64,000 nucleotides of DNA from Octopus vulgaris (taxonomy: Eukaryota): NCBI GenBank assembly GCA_951406725.2, contig OX597817.1, positions 46,934,001 to 46,998,000 of the forward strand, given 5' to 3'. Position numbers and translations under genes: made by a program. This document shows positions 55,981-64,000 of the stretch, in pieces. Under the pieces are notes generated by a model. It searched no databases and was not told the DNA's origin. It saw only the letters and a list, made by a program, of their open reading frames with translations. Each line of letters opens with the position of its first letter. The first letter of the stretch is position 1.

Positions 55981-57279
55981 CACTCTCTTTCACTCTTTAT
56001 ATATATATATACATAGGTATTCCGAGGTTTTAGTTGGTTTTGGATTATCATTGAATCTCCTGTAACTTTGCATTCTCCAAGTAAGGTTAACAGCCATTCA
56101 TACCTCTGGAAAGAAGTAGCCCATATTAGTCTGACCTCTGTCCTTTGACCTGTCCAGCATGAAATGCCCTATCAGGACTCGCCTTCTCGCGGGATGGGGG
56201 TGAGGAATTCATTGAAGCACAGAAGAGAGACACTTTCGTTAAAGATTGGACCTTGTGGTTGCTATAACATTATTATCCAATATTATTTTTTTTTCTGAAC
56301 ATTGTGAGGAAGATTCGACTGCTATTTCTAGTTGGTCGAGTGGCTTACACAGAGGCTCTCTCGCTGGCTCGTGACATTGGTGTATTGCGGAGGGAGAGGG
56401 AGTCGATGTCAGCAGAACAAGAGATAACGCTGTAAGTAAAAGCTATTGGTATTAGTGTTTGTGGTGACACTGACGATGATGATGATGAAACTTATGTCCA
56501 TGCTGCTGCTACTGGTGATAGGAAGAGCAATGCGCATGCGTATGGAACGGTGAGGTGTGGTGTGGGTGGTAGTTGCGGTGGTAGCAAGAACAATGGCATC
56601 AGTGGCGTAAACATAGTAAAATGGTGGTACGTGAGGTTGAATAAGTGGAGTCTTTATACATATGCCGGTTATTTGACGTTAGCAAGAATTTAACAGCCAC
56701 CACACCCTTTCTTCTCTTCAGTGTGTACGTGTGCCTGTATGTGTGAGTGCGTGCTTGTGTGTGTGCGTGTGTGTGTGTGCGTGCGTGTGTGTATGCGTGG
56801 GTGTAAGTGCGTGCTTGTGTACTAGTGTGTGTGTGTGTATGCATAATGCTTATATGTGCAAGTATGTATGTGCGTGTGTATGCGTGTGTTGCGTGTGTGT
56901 GCATGCATATGGGTACGTGTATATGCGTAATGCTAGTATGTATGGGCGTGTGTATGCGTATGTGTGTGTATGCGCGTGTATACGTAATGCTTTTGTGCAT
57001 GTGCGTGTGTATGCATGTGCGTGTGTATGTATGTGCGTGTGTGCGTGCGGATGGGGGCGTGTGTATGCATGTGTGTGCGTATGTGTATGTATGCGTAATA
57101 CTAGTGTGTATGTGTGTGTGTGCGTAAGTGCTTGCGTGTATTTGTGTGCGTATGTGTGCGTGCGTATGGGTGTGTGTGTATGCGTGTGTATACGTACGTG
57201 CTTGTGTGTGTGTATATGAGCGTACTTGTGTGTGTGTGAGTGAATGTGCATGCATGTGTATGCGTACGTGCTGGTGTAC

Positions 57280-57321
<42 letters not shown>

Positions 57322-57549
57322 GTGTGTGCATGCTTATGTGTGTGTGTATGTGTGTGCGTGTGTGTGTGTGTGTGTGTGTATGTGTGTGTGTTTCATCTTC
57401 CCCGTCATTGATTGTTTACATGTACAACAATGTCTTCTTAAGCTTATGATCAATGAATCGTTGCACCGCCGCCTTCCATGGCCCCCACCATTAATAATGC
57501 TCCCCATAAGGAACCTCACAGTCTCCACTATTTATTACCGCTGACACAC

Positions 57550-58420
57550 ACCACCACCCCCACCACCATTATCACCATCATCGCTATCATTACCATCATC
57601 ACCGTCATCATCATTATCATCTCAACTACCAGCATCTCTAGTATCACCACCACCATCACCACCGCCATCACCGTCACTACTTCCTCCGCCACAATCACCA
57701 CCACCACCACTACCATCACTGCTTCTACCATCGCCACCGCCATCACTTGCATCATCATCACCACCACTACTACTACTACCGCCACCATCAGCATCATCAT
57801 CACCATCGCCATCACAAGCACCATCGTCAATAGCATTATTATTACTACTTCTATCGCCACAACCACCGCCACCACCACAATCACCACAACTACCATCCAC
57901 CACCACCATCACCAATACTACCACCATCACTACCGGCATTTCCACCACCACCATCACCATCATCATCACTACTTCCACTGCCACAACCAAAACCACCACC
58001 ACCACAACAGCGTTCACCACCACCACCACTACCATCACAACCACCACCACAATCACCACCACTACCATCCACCATTACCAATACTACCACCATCACTACC
58101 TGCATTTTCACCACCACCACAACCGCGTTCACCAGCACCACCAGCATCATTATCACTACTTTTAGCACCACAACAACCACTGCTGCCACCACCACCACCA
58201 ACACAATCAGCACCATCGTTTCCACCACCATCACTATCACTATCGCTACTTCCACCATCACTTCCACAACCACTACCATCATCACCGCCACCACCACCAT
58301 CACCACTACCATTGCTACTACCATCGCCACCACCACCACCACTACTACCTAACATCTGCATCTACCAACACCATTAACTACTGCTGTTACTACTATAATC
58401 ACTAATATTTCCATTACTAA
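57550..58420. repeat. Degenerate (CAC/CAT)n tract
   Basis: Direct reading. Confidence 0.9.
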
Positions 58421-58456
58421 CCACTGCAACCATCGCACTAATATTATCACGTCAAT

Positions 58457-58870
58457 AAGGCGGCGAGTTGGCAGAATCATTAGCACGCCGGTCGAAATGC
58501 TTAGCAGTATTTCGTCTGCCGCTTACGTTCTGAGTTCAAATTCCGCCCATGTCGACTTTGCCTTTCATCCTTTCGGGGTCGATGAATTAAGTGCCACTTA
58601 CGCACTGGGGTCGTTTTAATCGACTTAATCCCTTTGTCTGTCCTTGTTTGTCCCCTCTATGTTTAGCTCCTTGTGGGTAGCAAAGAACGCCGAGCGAAAT
58701 CCTTAATGGTATTTCGTCTGCCTTTACATTCTGAGTTCAAATTCTGCCAAGGTCGACTTTGCCTTTCATCCCTTCCAGGTCGATAAATTTACGCACTGGG
58801 GTCGATGTAATCGAGTGGCCCGTCCCTCAAAAGCTTTCGGGCCTTGTGCAACGAGTAGAAAAGAATATTA
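58457..58870 (+). mobile_element. SINE family B: full unit plus a second unit with the alternative tail
   Basis: Family B sequence twice. Confidence 0.85.
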
Positions 58871-59209
58871 TGACGTCAATACACCACCACGTCAACAAGT
58901 ATCAGTATGGCCATAATACGGAAGGAGCTTCTTATCCTGTCTCTTGACCCTTTAGAAATAGCAGTCAAGTCTCTAGAAAAATCAAACATATTACTGTTTT
59001 AAAAATGGAAGGATATACGAGAGAATAAATACCAGGTTTCAACAAATAAATACGAGGGTCGATCTGTTCGGCTAAAACATTTCCAGGTGCCTCTCCTGTC
59101 TGGCCACAGTGCAGTGACTGAAACAAGTGAAAGAAATGATACAAAATATACATACACACATATATATGTTTGTGTGTATATATATATATGTGTGTGTGTG
59201 CGTACATAC

Positions 59210-60962
<1,753 letters not shown>

Positions 60963-61598
60963 GATATATACATATACAGCATGAATATTTATAATTGCAA
61001 AATCACTTAGGAATTGAACTCGAATCTCTATATCCTATGCAAAAGAACAAAAAAAAAACAAAAACAAAACACAGCAACAAAGTAACTCGGTCGCGATTCG
61101 CTCAAATATTAGCGACGTCATCAACAAATCTGACCATTTATGACTTCTTGCGGAACCGGATCTAATGGCAATTTAATGTTTGGTGCGCTTTTCCTGAAAA
61201 TGACATCGCTGTATACTCGGTGCATTTTAGCCGCAAGACTGCAGGTAGAAGCAATGGAAGTCAAGCAGCAGAGACCAGACGACAGCAGTGTCATAAAGCC
61301 ACGACAATCGAAGATAGCGACGGCGACGACGGCAACACAGCCTAACCAGCTAACGCCAAGAAACATGGCGGCAGCTTCTGTTGTAGCTGATCGAACAAGA
61401 TATCGTGTAAAACTTTGAACTGTCTTACCCGTGTAAAGATGGTTTACTAAAGATGAAAATACCTTTGCATAAAAAAAATGAGGTAATTTATTGTCTCGTT
61501 ACCAAATCGTAATACTATTGACACTGGTGCAATCGACAAAAATAGCATTGTAACATACACACACGTACACAAACACATACATTCATATATAAATATGT

Positions 61599-61917
61599 GA
61601 GGGCGCGTGGCTTAGTGGTTAGGGCATTCGGCTCATGATCGTAAGGTTGTGAGTTCGATTCCCGGCGACGCGTTGTGTCCTTGAGCAAGACACTTTATTT
61701 CACGTTGCTCCAGTCCACTCAGCTGGCAAAAATGAGTTGTACTTGTATTTCAAAGGGTCAGCCTTGTCACTCTCTGTATCACGCTGATTATCCCCGAGAA
61801 CTACGTTAAGGGTACACGTGTCTGTGGAATGCTCAGCCATTTGCACGTTAATTTCACGAGCAAGCTGTTCCGTTGATCGTATCAGCTGGGACCCTCGTCG
61901 TCGTAACCGGCGGAGTC
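61599..61917 (+). mobile_element. tRNA-derived SINE family D (CORE-like), full length
   Basis: A box TGGCTTAGTGG, B box GAGTTCGATTCC, tgtgtccttgagcaagacactt. Confidence 0.85.
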
Positions 61918-62341
61918 TTTTTTTTTTATATAAATATGAATATATAAATATATGTGACGCACATGGTTGGGAATTGGAGGGAAAGACGAATTCACTCGTC
62001 TATATAAATGTAGATATGCTGATTAGCTTTTATATGTTCTGATGGCGCTGGGTCAGAAATATAGAGGGTAAGTTTTCCTAGCATTTTCAGATTTATAATT
62101 GCCGAAATATTATGTTGATAACGGAAATGAATCTTATGATTCTAATCCAGAAACGCGTCTATAATTAATCGAAGACTGTTGATTTCGTTCTTTTTTCTTC
62201 TTTTTTGCCATGTGTGAGTTACAAACATCGTTGTCTGTGGAGACATATTTTTGTAGAAAAAAGAAATAGTAGTCTTTTGGCTGCTATTTCTAAAATTTTC
62301 GGTATGTGGTCAAGAAACTTGTTGCTAAACCCTTATTGTTA

Positions 62342-62410
<69 letters not shown>

Positions 62411-62721
62411 ATATGACTTAGAGGCCATATGTGTATTCGATTTTGTTTATATATCGAACACACAAGAGTAAACAAGAGAGAAAGAAAGAGGCAGCAACAA
62501 GGAAAATGCCACTTATATTTGAACACTGTGCAAATATTCTTTTAAAAACTTTTCTTTTAATTTTTCCAAAATTTAATTGTTTTCCATACTTACAGTTGAA
62601 AGCGTCTCAATGACTGAAACAGGTACTGAAATGTTTTTTATAAAATTATTTTAGCATTTTCGATCTTGACTTTTCTTCCCATATATATTGAAGGGAGACA
62701 GAGTCGTCCCAGCAGCAACTA

Positions 62722-62778
62722 GTGGGAACACGGGATGCATTTCGGTGTAATTGGCCTTTATCAATGACGTCTACTCAC
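62722..62778 (-). ncRNA. Minimal HHR with U3-A8 variant core
   Basis: gtgagtagacgtca TTGATAA A GG-ccaattaca-CC GAAA TGCA TC ccgtgttcccac. Confidence 0.6.
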
Positions 62779-62948
62779 AGCCACCCACATGCCTAGACGG
62801 AATTTGTGGTTTCTGAAAGGAAGAAAATATCGAATAAAACGTTTATGGTCTTGCGAGCAATCAAACGGCTGAATAAAAATCCGTTATAAGCAAACAAGAG
62901 TATTAAATTAAAGTATTCATCTGCGAATCATGGATACTTAACATAGAT

Positions 62949-62979
<31 letters not shown>

Positions 62980-63049
62980 CATACATACATACATACATAC
63001 ATACATACAGTCATACATACATGCATACATACATACATACATACGTAAG

Positions 63050-63153
<104 letters not shown>

Positions 63154-63229
63154 CGCATACAGACATACATACGTACGTACATACATACATACATACATAC
63201 ATACATACATACATACATACATACACACT

Positions 63230-63550
63230 TGTGTGGTAAGAAGCTTGCTTGCCAACCACATGGTTCAGGGTTCAGCCACACTGCGTGGCACTTTGGGCGA
63301 GTGTCTTCTAATACAGCCTAGGGCTGACCAAAGCTTTGTGAGTGGATTTGGTAGACGGTGCTGGTGTAATTTCGCCCCCACCCCATAACTTAGCGGTTCA
63401 GCAAAAGCAATCAACAAAAATAAGTACGAGACATATAAAAGTCCTTGGAATCGATTCGTTCAACTACAAAACCAAAAAACTCCGCTTCAAGACGGTACTC
63501 CAGCATGGCCGCAGCCTAATGACTGAAACAAGTAAAAGACGAATAAAAAA
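63230..63550 (+). mobile_element. SINE family A with internal deletion
   Basis: Head and tail present; the middle microsatellite is lost. Confidence 0.8.
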
Positions 63551-64000
63551 CAGCAATTGTAGTCGAACCAATCAATAATGACCTCGACCTCCAAAACTGA
63601 TACCCAACTGACAAATTTGGGGGTTTTCTTAGAAACCGATATATCAATACCCTTAGGATGTTGCATTTTATGCTCTGAAGGTCACCAACTGCTCTAACTT
63701 TTCAATACAGCCATATAAATCGTTTGCTTAGATTTTCAGAGCAGTTTGGTCCTTCCATCTGACACCACATTACGGTTGAAACACTCGCGAAGCTGTTGCT
63801 ACTGCTATTCTTGTTTTTTTCCTGTTGGTGTTGTTGTAGTTGTTGTTGTTGCTGTTGTTGTTGTTGTTGTTGTTGTGGTTGTTGTTATTGTTGTTATTGT
63901 TGTTTTGCCGAAAATTTTCCTATAAGATAAATTAACTTATCACAATCGTAGATAAAAGATTAAAAGAGTTGCTGAAAAACGTAGGAAGTAGCCTGTGACA

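Noticed and set aside
57478-58377. 299-aa Thr/His/Pro-rich ORF
   Set aside because: A degenerate (CAC)n tract that is open in several frames.
61599-61670. tRNA-like sequences at SINE heads (also 2404, 32700, 37059)
   Set aside because: They continue into SINE bodies and lack a proper acceptor stem, so they are not tRNA genes.

Overview
AT-rich, repeat-saturated eukaryotic DNA with no intact host gene recognisable. The SINE repertoire and very dense (TA)n/(TG)n/(AAT)n microsatellites suggest an octopus-like cephalopod genome (inference). The window holds four or five tRNA-derived SINE or non-autonomous families, decayed LINEs (R4/Dong-like, CR1-like, Tx1/L1-like, RTE), a near full-length but broken Penelope-like element (PLE), deleted Tc1/mariner elements, non-autonomous Helitrons, a TIR element carrying TTAGGG, and a 100-N gap. 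The strongest signal is about ten minimal hammerhead-ribozyme (HHR)-like motifs, most next to (TA)n tracts. Two sit exactly in the loop of 90-170 bp fold-back elements, and three show compensatory swaps of the catalytic-core 3-8 pair (U3-A8 twice, G3-C8 once). Two SINE families also share 3' tails with LINEs present in the same window. Element boundaries were read by eye and are approximate.
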